DNA of 64,000 nucleotides from Azolla caroliniana. Its lineage: Eukaryota > Plantae > Polypodiophyta. Below the pieces are notes generated by a model. It saw nothing but the letters and a program-made list of their open reading frames with translations, was not told the DNA's origin and made no database searches. Location of the stretch: contig JBHGNT010000018.1 of the NCBI GenBank assembly GCA_043228905.1, forward strand, positions 6,076,001-6,140,000, given 5' to 3'. Both the position numbers and the translations under genes were made by a program. Position 1 is the first letter of the stretch. Every line of letters begins with the position of its first letter. Below are positions 1-13,170 of this stretch, piece by piece.

Positions 1-556
1 TTCATGTGCTCCTATTCTCAGCGTATAAGCTCTACATTCTCAACATATATTGTGTTCAAACTCGATCCTTGATAACAAGATAGAGTCTTGTCCTTGATAT
101 AGAAGGCAACAAAATTGATTAATGTTTTCGTAAGCCCTAAGAATACCTAAACTCTAACAGTCATCACAAATCAGCTGCAAATTGATTCAAAAAAAAAATC
201 AGAAGACCTTTCACTCAAATCATTGCTTCATTGAAAGTGGACAAGGGCATCTGTAGCAAATTGATTCCAAAAACAAAAGACCAAAAGGGAACTTTGCCTC
301 AAATCATTTCTATTTTCTCCACTGAAAGTGAGCTAGAACATCTAGGACTCTGTGTGTCTCTTCTTGTCCATAGAAAGAAAAGATCCCGGTCCATAACTAC
401 AAAATGTGCTGTACATCATAATATATGTATATATGATCTTGAGTGACACCATAGAAGCTGGCATCAGTTACAATGAATCCTACACTATGCTTAAACTACT
501 GTCATGTTTTGAGCCGTTCAGCCAATATCGCAATTGAAGATAAACAACTATCTCAC

Positions 557-2150
557 CATATTATATTATATGGTGAGGGGAAGAAGCCTCTAAGAGAACG
601 GCAAAATATGTTATCGAGGAAACCTATTTGGTCATTATATCTTGACGCTTGAGTTGCAGTATATCTCCTTTGCTGTAGCATTATGCTGTCCTAGAAATTA
701 TACCTGTTCATCATGCAATGTTAACATATCTTAGCTGTTAAAATAGTCAGAGTATCCAAGCTCATATCATTGTATGAGGTGGATATATTGACCAAAAAAA
801 GATGCTATAAACAGGCATAATACATTATAAAGAAACTACCATAAACTTTTCATATGGAATTGAGACTTCATTTTACCTTTACTGTTGGAATTTTGATTGC
901 TGAAATCGCAACAGCCATATCCGATCTTGAATGTAATACCTGCATGAAAATCAACCATTTCAGAATGTTAGTATGTTCAAATTTTACATACACAAGGAAA
1001 ATGAGAGTGGTATACTCTTGGCAAGCTTAAATTTTGAAATATATAACACCATGACTTACACACCGCTTAGAATGAAGTGACATATATTATATTACAAATG
1101 AAGCATAATGACACAATGAAATTCATGAAGATAGTCTCATACAAATGTACAGTATTATATAGCCTCTTTAAGTTATGGAGGATGGGCTTTTAAGCATATG
1201 CTTTCATACATTGAGATCATTTCCATGGTCTTTATACTCTATATTTACAAGAGGAAGCAGAAGCATTTCCACGGGGTGGATTCCATGGGGAAACCAAGAA
1301 TCTAGGGTCAGGTGAGAAAACAGGATAGAATCAATTTCAGCAAATACAAAGCAGTGGCAATGGATATTTACTGGTCTGATAAAGAAGAATATGCAGATTA
1401 TTGTGGGAATCAGATATGTAGGTAATCCGTTTAAACAACATTCTAAAGGGGGGAGAGAAGGAACAGAAAACTCAAAAGAAAACTATATTTGAAGGATTTC
1501 CGTGGAATGTAAGAGTAAGCGACCTCAACGAGGAAATCTACTTGAAGCAGAAGCTGAGAAGAGAGATACAAAAAAAGATCACATTTTCTGCGTTTTGTTG
1601 CCATTACCACTGCATTTCCCGTGTTTTATCCCTCCATTTTGTTGCTTTAACTACTGCAGCGACTTAAAGCAGTTTTTCTTGCGTTATCACTACAATCTTT
1701 TTCTTCTTTCATCACTTCATTGTCTTTGCTTTATCACTGCACAATTTCATTCTTTTATCACTTCAATGCCTTTGCTTTATCACTGCATTATTTTCTCCTT
1801 TTATTACTGCACGTTCCTTCATTTATCACCACATTTTCCTCCCGTTCATGACTAAATTTTTTCCTTCTTTTTCTTTTTTTTTCCTTCGCCACTGCATTTC
1901 CCTCGCTTTATCACTACATTTTCCTTGCTTTACCACTGCTTTATTCTTGCTTTACCACTGCTTTATTCTTGCTTTATCACATCTTTTTTCTTGCTTTTAT
2001 CACATCTTTTTCCTTGCTTTTATCACCGAAAACACACACACACACACACACTAACCTGGAATTTGAGGGTGCGTTGAGAGATGGTCTGCTAATGGCTGCT
2101 GCAAAATCAACGGAACCAATATTGAAACGCAAATAAAAGAACGGTGCAAC
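557..2150 (-). other. Possible 5' part of a minus-strand intron-containing gene running off the window (product unknown)
   Basis: Minus-strand splice-like signals: donor CAG|GTTAG at 2056, acceptor TTTTCATGCAG| at 939, ATG at 918 opening MAVAISAIKIPTVK to donor AAG|GTAAAA at 877, and a possible exon at 690-557. Microsatellite-rich 2030-2430 resembles the 5' regions of the other genes here. No recognisable protein motif. Confidence 0.3.
1600..2030 (+). repeat. Degenerate pyrimidine-rich minisatellite (core TTGCTTTATCACTGCA-like)
   Basis: Many imperfect copies of (c)ttgcttt(t)atcac(t)(g)ca at roughly 20-25 bp spacing. Confidence 0.7.
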
Positions 2151-2152
2151 AG

Positions 2153-2186
<34 letters not shown>

Positions 2187-2329
2187 CTGGGGCAGCATGG
2201 ACGGGACGGACAGACAGACAGACAGACATTTTTCTTTCTCTTTTGGGGTTTCACTTCTTTCATTCATTCTTTCTTTCTTTCTGTCTGTCTGTCTGTCTGT
2301 CTTAAGGATGGATGGATGGATGGATGGTG

Positions 2330-2377
<48 letters not shown>

Positions 2378-2430
2378 GTCTGCATAATCTCTGCCGCTCC
2401 CTCCTTCTCCGTCTGTCTGTCTGTCTGTCT
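2032..2430. repeat. Compound microsatellite cluster (CA)n, (GA)n, (GACA)n, (GATG)n, (CT)n, (CTGT)n
   Basis: Directly visible; explains the low-complexity ORFs at 1977-2569. Confidence 0.95.
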
Positions 2431-3857
2431 GTTGGATTTCGCCTGCGTTTCTCTTTCACACAAATCGTTGGAAATGGCGTGCGATTGCAAGTACATACTC
2501 TGTGTGTGTACTCTCTCTGTCTACGGAATGGAACCGATTGATTGCGATTTGTTAGGGTTGGATACTTGATGATCCATGGAACAAGCCCGTGTGCTTACAC
2601 TTCGACATGATCGGATACCGTCTATGGGATAATATAAGGGCCGAACAATTGCCGTTTGTTAGGATCGAATACGATCCATAGGACATGATTGACTGACTGA
2701 CATTTTTTGCTAGGATTTTGGATATGATTCACGCGAGTGATTATCATTTGTTAGGATCATATACGATCTCATGGGACACGATCGATGAATTGTATTTTAT
2801 TCGGATGATATATTCTCCCGCAAAACATAGCCGACCGATTGCCCGTTTATAACTAAAGCTCATATATATCATTCATAGTGAATTGCTCTTGTTTACCCCT
2901 CTTTCAACCAAGATTGGTAACCCCATTTGATAACTAACGTTTTGACCGCAAATCAATTTGTTTGATTTGTGTGAGGTAAACTATCAAACAATTTAGAATT
3001 GGCCAAATGATTTTCAACCCTTGCTCATCATTGTCACAATTAAACATCATGAAATTCGCAGTCCATACTACCCAAGGCAATATACATGTCATAATGCGTG
3101 TCATTTGATGTTTTTTTACTACCCAAGGCAATATACATGCACATTTGAAACATATAATAATAGATGTTTTAATCATGTTGAGACTTGGTAAATGTATTTC
3201 ATTCAACTTTAGTGACTTTATGGACATGAACATGTACATGGAATTTGGATTCAATCAATATCAAGTAAAAATTGACATGAATTTGAAACTTTAATATGCA
3301 GCCTCTACATATTATAATAGTATAACTTTGAGAGATACCAAAACTCTACCAAAGATAGTTGATCAATGGAAGAAGGTCCATCCTAATCCAATTGATATCA
3401 ATGTGCCATTTGCTACCATCATATTTTATTACATTGGCCACCATCCTCTACCATCATATTTATATTACATTAGCCACCATCCTCTACCATCGTATTTCCA
3501 TAAAAAATATCCTCCATTGGTATTAAAAATTATAGTGGACAGAGACAGTATACCAAATAGTCCACTATTTTTACATGATCCTGCTTGCTACTTTTAAGTA
3601 TATGGTTTTTGCATTTTCACCATCAAATTTTGGTATACAAATTTAGTGTTCAAAATTCTGCTTGAATGCATGATATTTGCATCCTCTACCATCATCTTTC
3701 ATTACATTAATCTCCAAACCTCCTACTTAATATATAAAGATAGATAGATAGATATCCTTTTCAAGACTATGGGAGACCATGTTGAGAGAGGGAGGGAGGG
3801 AGGTATTTTATTATTGCCCTTGAAGGTCAAATATGAACAATGGAAAAGAAGTGAAAC

Positions 3858-6100
3858 TTTTTTTTTCCCAAAAGAAAGCTTCTTCCATTAGTTATAAAAT
3901 TTTACATATGAGAATGTTATATACAAATCCCCAGTAGGGACGACGATAGTTTCATCTTATATGGAGGCCCACTGACTCAAGAAAGGGAGAGGACAACCAT
4001 TGTTGGACGAAGGCTAATCGTTGTCTTTCGATTCCATTGGATCCGCCTGTGAGGCCATTGTATTGGCTCTTTAGAGAGGCTACAACTTCACTCCATATCT
4101 CTTGCAATAACACTACTTGATGCATGGTTTGATTGGAAAAGACCTGTTTACACCGTTATTTCCCGAGAATCCAAAGAGTTATTGGGCTGACCAATTCCAA
4201 CACAACTTGAGCTTTGACATTAATAGGAGTTTAGTGGATATTGTCAATGGTGGAAAACAAAATCCCTTGTGCCTTTATCACCAATGTCATCCCCTCCTCT
4301 CGATGTTCATACTTGTCAATTGGGACCTGTCATGATAACCAACATACATTCCCCACTTGATTGTGCCTTGCACCTGGCATAATTGCAATAGGTGGCCAAC
4401 CCCTTGCCATATTCTATGGGTCTCTGGGCAATCCCACAAAGCATGTCGGATTGACTCTATTACATTTGGGCACACTACACAATTAGGAGAGCTAAGGATC
4501 CCACACTGAAACATTTTAATACAATATATGTGGAACTGGATAGCAACCCTCAATGTTTATAGATATTACTAATAAACATTGCAATCAAGAATGCACATTG
4601 TAAATTGTGAGAAGGATACATGTGAGGATTGACAATACATAGAAACCAAACTTGAATTTGGTGGAATGTACCCCATTTTATCAAACAGTGATACCCGAAC
4701 TCTTGAACTTGTTCAAGGCAATGTATGTATAGTTGATGAGTCCCCTCACTTGTGCCCCGTCCACAACGAAGAAAATAAGAGCTAAGTTGTAAGGAAGCAA
4801 TGGTGTGTGAATGGTGGACAAAAGGATGGACTCAAACATACATGAGTGAGTGTAGTTTCTTTGTTTAGGGAATAAGATAATTGTGTAGTTTGGTGCTATA
4901 TATAATGTAATGTGCAAAATTTGAGCCTCCACATATTTCCCAATCCATGATACGTTGGTGCAAAATCCTTTTGGATGCATCATGAAACAAATGTGATGTG
5001 TCCCATTTTCCAAACCATTTTGTTCATATCTAACATCCATTCAACCCCCCCCAAAAAAACTTGTATTAACTTGCCACTCTATTCTAAGGTCAAAATGAGG
5101 GTTTTTTAGAACCTTAAGCATGATAGCCCTTTCCATGGGCAGAATTTCTCAGAACCTTAAAATGGAGTAATTTGTTCTAAAGTAGTAGCATGTATGGTGT
5201 TGTAGCTTGACTTAAAGGAAACTTCATAAGAAACAACTTTTGGACATTTTTTCACTCTTTCCCAGTAGACTTAGGGATGCGACAACCCCATACTTTAGTT
5301 CAATAAAGAAGTACAAGTGTTACTAGAGTGTCAAAGAAGTATTTCTTGAGAATTCTAACATTTAATTTCTCCACCATTGCATATGTTCCTCCAATGAAAT
5401 ATAAGAACTCTTTACCACTTCTAAACGGCAAGTAGCATATTCATTCCATTTGTGATTGGAGGGAACTTCAACCCCAAGATCTTTGAAGCTTTCTATGGTT
5501 TCCTGTGGCTCATTACTAGACTCAATGCATAGTTTATTATTATTTTAAGACTTCATGAGCATAAACTTCCTTTTGGAGTTATTGAATCTCCACTTAGTCT
5601 GCCTACAAAAGTTTTCCAATACACAAACAAACTTTTAGGCATCTTCTAAAGTACGTGCAAAAAATATCACACTTTATCTCCATATAACTAAAAACATGAT
5701 AACTACATTCCTAGTAGTAACTTCTTCAATGCCAATTTTTTAATTCCATCTGCCACATTTGAGTGGACAATACATAGTTCGAGATATTAAAATGTATAGT
5801 ACAATGTGTCCATCTAACTATTCTTAGAATGGCCTAATGTAATATAACAATGAACATTACATACTTACATCATGCATAATTTGGTTCTAGAATTGTTTCT
5901 TGTCTAGGTCGTTCACGAACAAATTATTATCACTTGATAGTTATTATCTAGCGATTATAACTTCATAGACATGAAATGCCTTAGAGTGTCAATTTTTATG
6001 GACTTGCTTTGGCTTAAAATGCAAAGTACTTCATATATGTACAAAACTTAATGCCAAATTCTTGAGTTGCATGTGGATGAACATAAATGGAATATGGTAT
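3858..6100 (-). mobile_element. Degenerate LINE (L1-like non-LTR retrotransposon), 3' portion
   Basis: ORF 4287-4553 has a zf-RVT-type motif CVVC..ESIRHALWDC..IW. RT thumb-like SFKDLGVEVP at 5461-5490 (-). T9 at 3858-3866 could be the poly(A) tail. Upstream boundary is approximate. Confidence 0.65.
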
Positions 6101-6899
6101 ATATTATCGACAATATTATAAATATGTGTATTAAAACAAGGATGACCTTTTTTCATAGTTCACAAGTATGACACAAACACAATAGCGTGAATGGAAAAAT
6201 GGTTTGTTTTGTCCAAAATATGATGAGACATCCTAAGATTTTGAAATGTTAACAAGTACCACGGTTATAAACAATCACATAGAACGTAAGTGGTCGCCAA
6301 AGCAACCTAGATAGTTACCCATGTCATCATACGGCTCTCTAACTTGAGTGGTGAATTTGAAAGGTAGGGTCACACAAAGTAAAGGTAAGTATGACCCAAT
6401 GACAAAGATAAAAAGGTAAATAGAAGTAATTTAGTACAATACGATAACTTTATAGATAATCATATATTACACTAAGTACTCTATGAGAGTTGCTTATGAA
6501 TTTTTAAAGAAAAGACATTGTTTTTTACCCATTTTCTTTCGGTTTGACCTAAGAATCTCATCAAGTGATTCAATAAGCACTTGTTTTATGATAGCTTGGA
6601 AAACATTTTCGAAGCTACTAAAAGTATAGCAACTTGAAAATTTGAAACAATTCCATCTTGTGAACAATTGTTTACAACATTAGATGATGTTGTAGAGCAA
6701 TGCATCCCTCCTAGCCGCTGGTATTGTTGGTTGTGAGAATTAGATCACATGAAATATATTACGCATGGTTCAACAAACCGAAAATAATCTATTGTTATTT
6801 CACAATATTTGTCCAAATTGTCCTCCCTTATCCTTGGGAACTATGCATAATCCTCTACATTGATGTCATTGTTCTACTTCCACTAAAATAACAATTACA

Positions 6900-8430
6900 A
6901 GAAGCCCTCAAAGGAATGCAAATCTTTGATGGAGACCCCACAAAAAGATGGCAACATTTACTTCAAGAGATGGAGATCCTAGAAAAAGGTGACAATGGGC
7001 ACCATCGACAACAAACTATGCAAACTGTAGGAGTGGACTTCTAAGTACACTAGGATTGACTCCGACAATTTGAGAAGATCAATAATATCTTATTTTTTCC
7101 AATGATATTGCAATACATTAAGACAAAAGAGTCCTCACTCTTCACAAATCTCTTTGGTATGTATGTGTTGCCGGTGACAAGGACAAGAAAAAAGCTTCCT
7201 CACACGGGAAAGTGAAGATTTAGTTCATTGGTAATCGAGGTACAATTGGGTTTAAGCCTTCAAGAAATAACTCTTGCACAAGTGGAAGTTATGAATGGGT
7301 GAATCTTTCTGAGTCCTGACTCTTGAGCTTTACTATCATAATAACACCAATCTAGGCTTTACACCAAATTTCTCAAAACGAATGAATGGGCAATGAAGCA
7401 AGAAGATAATTAAAATGAATGAATTAAGGATGGGAATTGGGTTTAACAAATTTATTTGTTGTGCAATAATGGATAAAATGAAATAGAAAGGCATCGAAAA
7501 AAAATAGTATTGGGTAAAAATCCATGAAATAAGATGCACACGGAGGAAAAATAATAATTGTGCTTTGAATCCTTGTTTGTCGATTGTATCTTTGCTACTA
7601 AAGTCGAAGTTAAGACAATAATCTATTCAAGTATTAGGTACATTACCCTCCCAAAGATTTGCCAAACTTCTAATTTTGGTGAAGGAGTTTGGGTTCGTGA
7701 TACAAACCTTCATGTATGCATTGAAGGAGATAGGAGATTAGGGCAACTTCCCAATTGGTGTAGATGTAATGTGAATTTGGATCAACACAATTTTTGGTAT
7801 GAAACACCAAGATTTGGAAAAGTGAGAGGTTGATATTTGCAAAAGCTTTAGGGATTACTTTAGAGTAGTGATCGGTGAATCCATCATTTCAATGGGAGAT
7901 AATCACATATTTCAAATTTGATTTGGGACGATCTTTACACAATGATCATTTGTAACATGGACAAAACAATATCAAGTTGTTGAATAACTAGTTTTGCAAC
8001 ATAGTTGCAAAATGATGCGGGTGCCTCTACCATTGATTGTGGAGAAACTTAATAATTATGGTTAGGTACTATGTTTGCATGAAGTGGGACCTAACCAAGA
8101 GACCATCAAATTGGTTCATATAAATAAATCATTTGGACGTGAGGGTACTAATACAAAATGTTTTGTCGAATTCCTAGCCACTCAAAATTTAAGGATTTAT
8201 GAATGTGAGAGATGTTCTTGAACTTGTAACTTGTCCCTTAATTTAGTGGAATGACTACTCACTCTCTCCTAGATTTGAATAACCCATCAAAGACAATTTG
8301 TGGAGATATAGCCATAAATGCGTTCTATGTCAAGATAGACAAATTATGATTATACTTTTCCACTAATTGTTATGGAGAAATTCAATGGAGATTGTAAAGT
8401 TTATTAGTCATGTGATTGATTCTTCTATTT
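6900..8430 (+). mobile_element. Highly decayed LINE 5' region (ORF1/endonuclease-like remnant)
   Basis: Only fragmentary motifs (YWVKIH near 7510, ORF 7558-7833, an SRLDRF-like remnant near 8330). Weak. Confidence 0.3.
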
Positions 8431-10773
8431 CATTTTCTTAATGCATCATTACAAATAAATCTTTTTGACATTTTATATAAGATAGTTCACATGGAATAAA
8501 TAGCTTGAAGCGCGTAAAAATAAAATCTATGCATGTAAAGAATTTGAGAATCGCTTTGATTAATTTAATATCTGTACGTATAATGTAGTAGTAGTAAAAA
8601 TGATTTGAGCTATCAAGAAATAATAAGGACAATATAAAAAAAGGATAGTGGGGGTTTGGGACCGACATCAAAGAATGGAGAAAAGATAGTGTACTTTGTG
8701 GTTTATAACTATATTACAATTTAATTTTCTACAACCAAAACGTATCAAAACTCAAGTGTATTTAGCTCTTTTGTAAAAAATCCATGTAATTCGACATAGT
8801 ATAAAATGAGGACGAGGTTAAAAAGGTTCTTTCTTCTTTCTATACGGGTGAAAATCGTTTTCACCTTCCTGAAGAAAGCGGATGCATGCTCCCTGTTAGA
8901 TCGTGACATGAATCTTCATGTGATATCGTTTGAAATCAAATCTTCATAAATGCATCATGTAAATATATACGTAGTACGGTGTAAATCAAATGTGCACGCT
9001 AGTTTGATAACATTATGCATATGGTGATGCTCCTATGTTTTTTATTGTGTGGGCCTAATTGGTTCCATTGTATGGGACCTAGTTTTTGTTTCATCTATTC
9101 CACATCCTCCTTTCCTTTAACCATGCAATCCCACTTTGATGCATCATTATCACATGATTTAAGATTGTAAATATGATATCATTTTGGTTAAGGAATATAA
9201 TAGTGGTTTGGTGCTAATTTTTTTTTCAAATTTGGGCCTTATTTTGAAACTCATGCATATTATGTAACTACCAACAAGATTGTATCCATTATCATTTTTT
9301 ATTCTCTCCACATAATGATTTAACCTTATTTCAAGATATAAAATGAGTAAGGATAATCCGCACCTTATTATCTCTCACAACAACAAAAGTTAGGGGTTCC
9401 ATGATTTAGGCTAAGCTAGTTGTGTTTGGATAGTTGCCACAAGTTAATAATGCATTTTAGAATAGGTTTGCTTCAAGATACTTGTCTTGAATGATGTGAG
9501 TGCCGGTTCATGTTAACCATTGATCATAATATGAATTCTACTATGTTCAATCTATAAAAATGTTCTCCATTTATGACACTCAATCAACAATATTGGCTTT
9601 GCACATGACCGTCGATTGCTCAATACAATTAATTTGATTGCGAGGTATAGTGCATGCAGTTTTCGATTCGAATCTTATTCTTTGGTTTTCTTTTGTGAAA
9701 AGCTATAGTAAGGGTCGTTGTACCCATGTAAATGTTATTTCATAAAAAGAATTATATTATTTACAAAACGTAAAAAACAACTATAAAAAACTAAAAAATG
9801 AACGACATTGGGACCTCAATCAAGATCCTATGCACTTTAAGAAGCCATGTAGTGGTAAAAGGCAAATATAATACCTTACCAACTCATGTATTTGGAACCC
9901 AAACGATAACAATTCACTCTGAGGTTTCGAACAATGAAAAATGCCAAAGCAACCCACTTTCAATTGCCTAATGCATCTTTGTGTCCTACATTGTGCACCA
10001 ATTCCTACTTATTTTAAGTTCAAAGTTGGTTTCTCATTGAAGTGGAAGTGTGGTTCTTAATTGCATCTCGATGGGGTTCTTCACTCATACAAATCATCTG
10101 TATTGAATTGACTTAAGGCTTCAATTTGTACCGCTAATCCCACCAATCACAAAACACGGCACTTGCATGTTTAAAGAAGAAAATTGGGTCTATGTTATAT
10201 ATGGAAACTTGCTTTATGAGGGCAATTGGAACCTTTGGACCAAATGCGAAATTTTCAACCCCGAGTATATGGTGCCAATATATAGAGCCCTCTTTTTCAG
10301 TGCAACAATGCACACACACCTAGACTATTGGGCCAACATAGAGGCGTACTAGGTTTTGTCCGAATCAAGTTTCAACCATGTGGTACCAATTGACTCCTGT
10401 ACAGGCCGACCGATGCATCGCTTTCTTGAGCCCAATGTCAACAAAACTCAAATGTAATTTGACGCGATCCTTATAATGTGGTGTGCATGCATGGATCCAA
10501 ATTATGCACGCTATATATATGTTTGGCCTAACGTTTTACATCCGACCGACATCTACAACGGACAGGAGGGGATACTTTGGATATGTCTTGGGTCGATCGA
10601 ATGTGGACACCAACCTCCTCCATGTTTGGGATCATGGGGGAGAGTCCAACATGGGCCAAAATCATCATTTTACATGTTTTTCGAAGTCTATGGGCACTAA
10701 TTTGTGTATATATGGATGGACGGGAGGTAGTTTTTACTTTTTATTCCTGAAAGAGATTGCTTGTCGTTTCGCA

Positions 10774-10774
<1 letters not shown>

Positions 10775-10804
<30 letters not shown>

Positions 10805-10807
10805 AAG
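10775..10807 (+). repeat. (AAG)n microsatellite just upstream of the FPF1-like ATG
   Basis: Visible; produces the poly-K at the start of ORF 10757. Confidence 0.95.
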
Positions 10808-10810
10808 GGA

Positions 10811-11269
10811 ATGAGAGGGTTGCCTCCTAGATCGGGCCACCACCATCCCAATTGCACTGGCCTTGGGGGCGGCCCCGTGGGCCCCGGAAGGCCAAAGCAG
10901 CCCTACGCCTCCGGGAAGTGGGAGCCCCCGCGGAAAGAGCTTGTGTACCGAGCCACGGGCGAGGTGGTGACTACTTACGACTCGCTGGAATGGAAACTGT
11001 TTGCTATGGGGTGGGAGCCCCGTGCGGAGCGGGGGTCTGCATCGGCCAATGATGATGCCACCACGAGGAGCCGGGCCGTTGGCCCGCCCGCCCGGGAGTA
11101 CGAGTTCCGGAAGAATGCCGCGAGTGGGGAGCTTCACCTCAGCCTCCCTAACATCAATGACTTCCGGAACCTCCAACCCATCCACCTCTACGATATCGTG
11201 GTACGCACCCAATGTGCTTTCGATGCACGCGATGTCACCGTGAAGACCTACGCAGGTCCCCGTTGCTAG
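10811..11269 (+). CDS. FPF1: Flowering-promoting factor 1-like protein (152 aa, single exon)
   Basis: RKELVYRATGEVVTTYDSLEWKLFAMGWE...EFRK...LSLP..DF......HLYDIVVR...FDARD matches the FPF1 consensus (RKVLVHLPTGEVVSSY..LE..L..LGWE...QFHK...LISLP.DF..F...HMYDIVVKN...F.VRD). GC-rich island; first ATG at 10811. Confidence 0.85.
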   Translation: MRGLPPRSGHHHPNCTGLGGGPVGPGRPKQPYASGKWEPPRKELVYRATGEVVTTYDSLEWKLFAMGWEPRAERGSASANDDATTRSRAVGPPAREYEFRKNAASGELHLSLPNINDFRNLQPIHLYDIVVRTQCAFDARDVTVKTYAGPRC

Positions 11270-12816
11270 TGTCTCCGATTCTCGCCCGCCCTTATTACTA
11301 GACTTTTTCGATTCAAATGATGGATCATATATCCCCGCCCCCCTCCCTACCCCCAAATTCATCTAATAATAAGCGAAAAGTTTATGTTAAATACCGTAAA
11401 CAAACTTCTTGGTCGTTAATGTGTTTAAACAATCATGCTAATGTTGAAGGACAGCCACTATTTACTTTCATATTGGTGGCACATACTATCTTGTCTCGAT
11501 TTCATGTTTCAACAATTGCATGATCTCATAACAACCTTATTGATTATTGTAATACTAGAAAGGATGAAATTCAATTGATCTCTTCATTTATTCAAGAACC
11601 AAGTTTCACCAATAGTTCTAGTGTATGTTGGCACTACGTAGATATAGTACCATATGCTTAATGGATAGCATGCGTTTGGTTCACATTGACACAAAACATA
11701 TGCTAGAAATATCACAATAATGCTGAAACCATTTCCATCCCAGATACCTATTTTTGATGTCATCATTCGATGAAACATATCAAAATTTTCCTTGTTCGTA
11801 ACATGTTGTGTATATATATATATATTTCTAGCGTCCTTCCCATTGACATATGAGTGGCTTTAATATTGATAGCATGTTGCAGTACTTGCCCTAGCTAACA
11901 ACATTAGTTGGGATCACAATCCCTATCACCATTGTTAACCACATCTTTAGAAGTATATAGCCAAGGAGAGTTTATATATGCGTGTACGCTATTTCTCTAC
12001 ACTAATGCCTATGTCCAATGTCTTTGTCATCCCATCCCTGTGTGTAGATGTATTTATCCATGCATCACTCTCACCACCGTTCATTGCCATTACCATCTTC
12101 CACTACTAGAGCCACTAATAAAGAGGTATATATACAAAGAGAGATCTATAAATGTGTATGAGAGAGATCCCTCTTTGTTTATTGACCAACGTGTGCATTT
12201 TTGTTTATGAATAGATGCCATCAACATAAATATCTATTGAAAAAACTATATTTAGAGAGAAAGATCTCTATGTTATAATCATAGTATGAACCATAGGTAC
12301 CATATGTGCATTCACATTCGAGAATGTTGCAATCATTTGAGTATGATAAACACCCTCGAAATATGGTAAAAACCATACTTTTATATTCATTATTTATTAT
12401 AAGGTAATTTTTTTTAAGTTAAGAAAGTTATAGTAAAATGTGTAATAAAAAAGCCTAAGAATGTTTTGATAACATACACATTTGTTTGCATTCGTAAAAA
12501 AAGAATGTTTGCTAATGCATTCGAGTGTTTTACGTCCTATAGTCATAGATTGACATATTTACTTTCGTGGGGGTTACCAAATGAATGTATACGAATACGC
12601 ATATGAATGCACGAAAAAAATTTCGTTAAAAAAAACAAAAAACAGTTCATAAAGTCCCTACTTTGTAGTTTCTTAGATATATCATATAAGGTATAACAAA
12701 GAGACATTGACAATAAAGAGGGGATATTTTTACTTGCCATTAAAAAGGAGACTTAGACTAATAATATTTTTATAATAGATGTAAAACTTAAGAGTATTTG
12801 CTTTATTTGTAAAACA

Positions 12817-13170
<354 letters not shown>

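Noticed and set aside
1502-2569. Several 60-160 aa ORFs
   Set aside because: Derived from microsatellite and minisatellite sequence; no motifs.
8430-10750. AT-rich intergenic stretch with possible MITE/Helitron fragments
   Set aside because: Could not define termini, TIRs or TSDs by eye.
10697-11362. 221-aa minus-strand ORF
   Set aside because: Antisense shadow of the GC-rich FPF1-like CDS.
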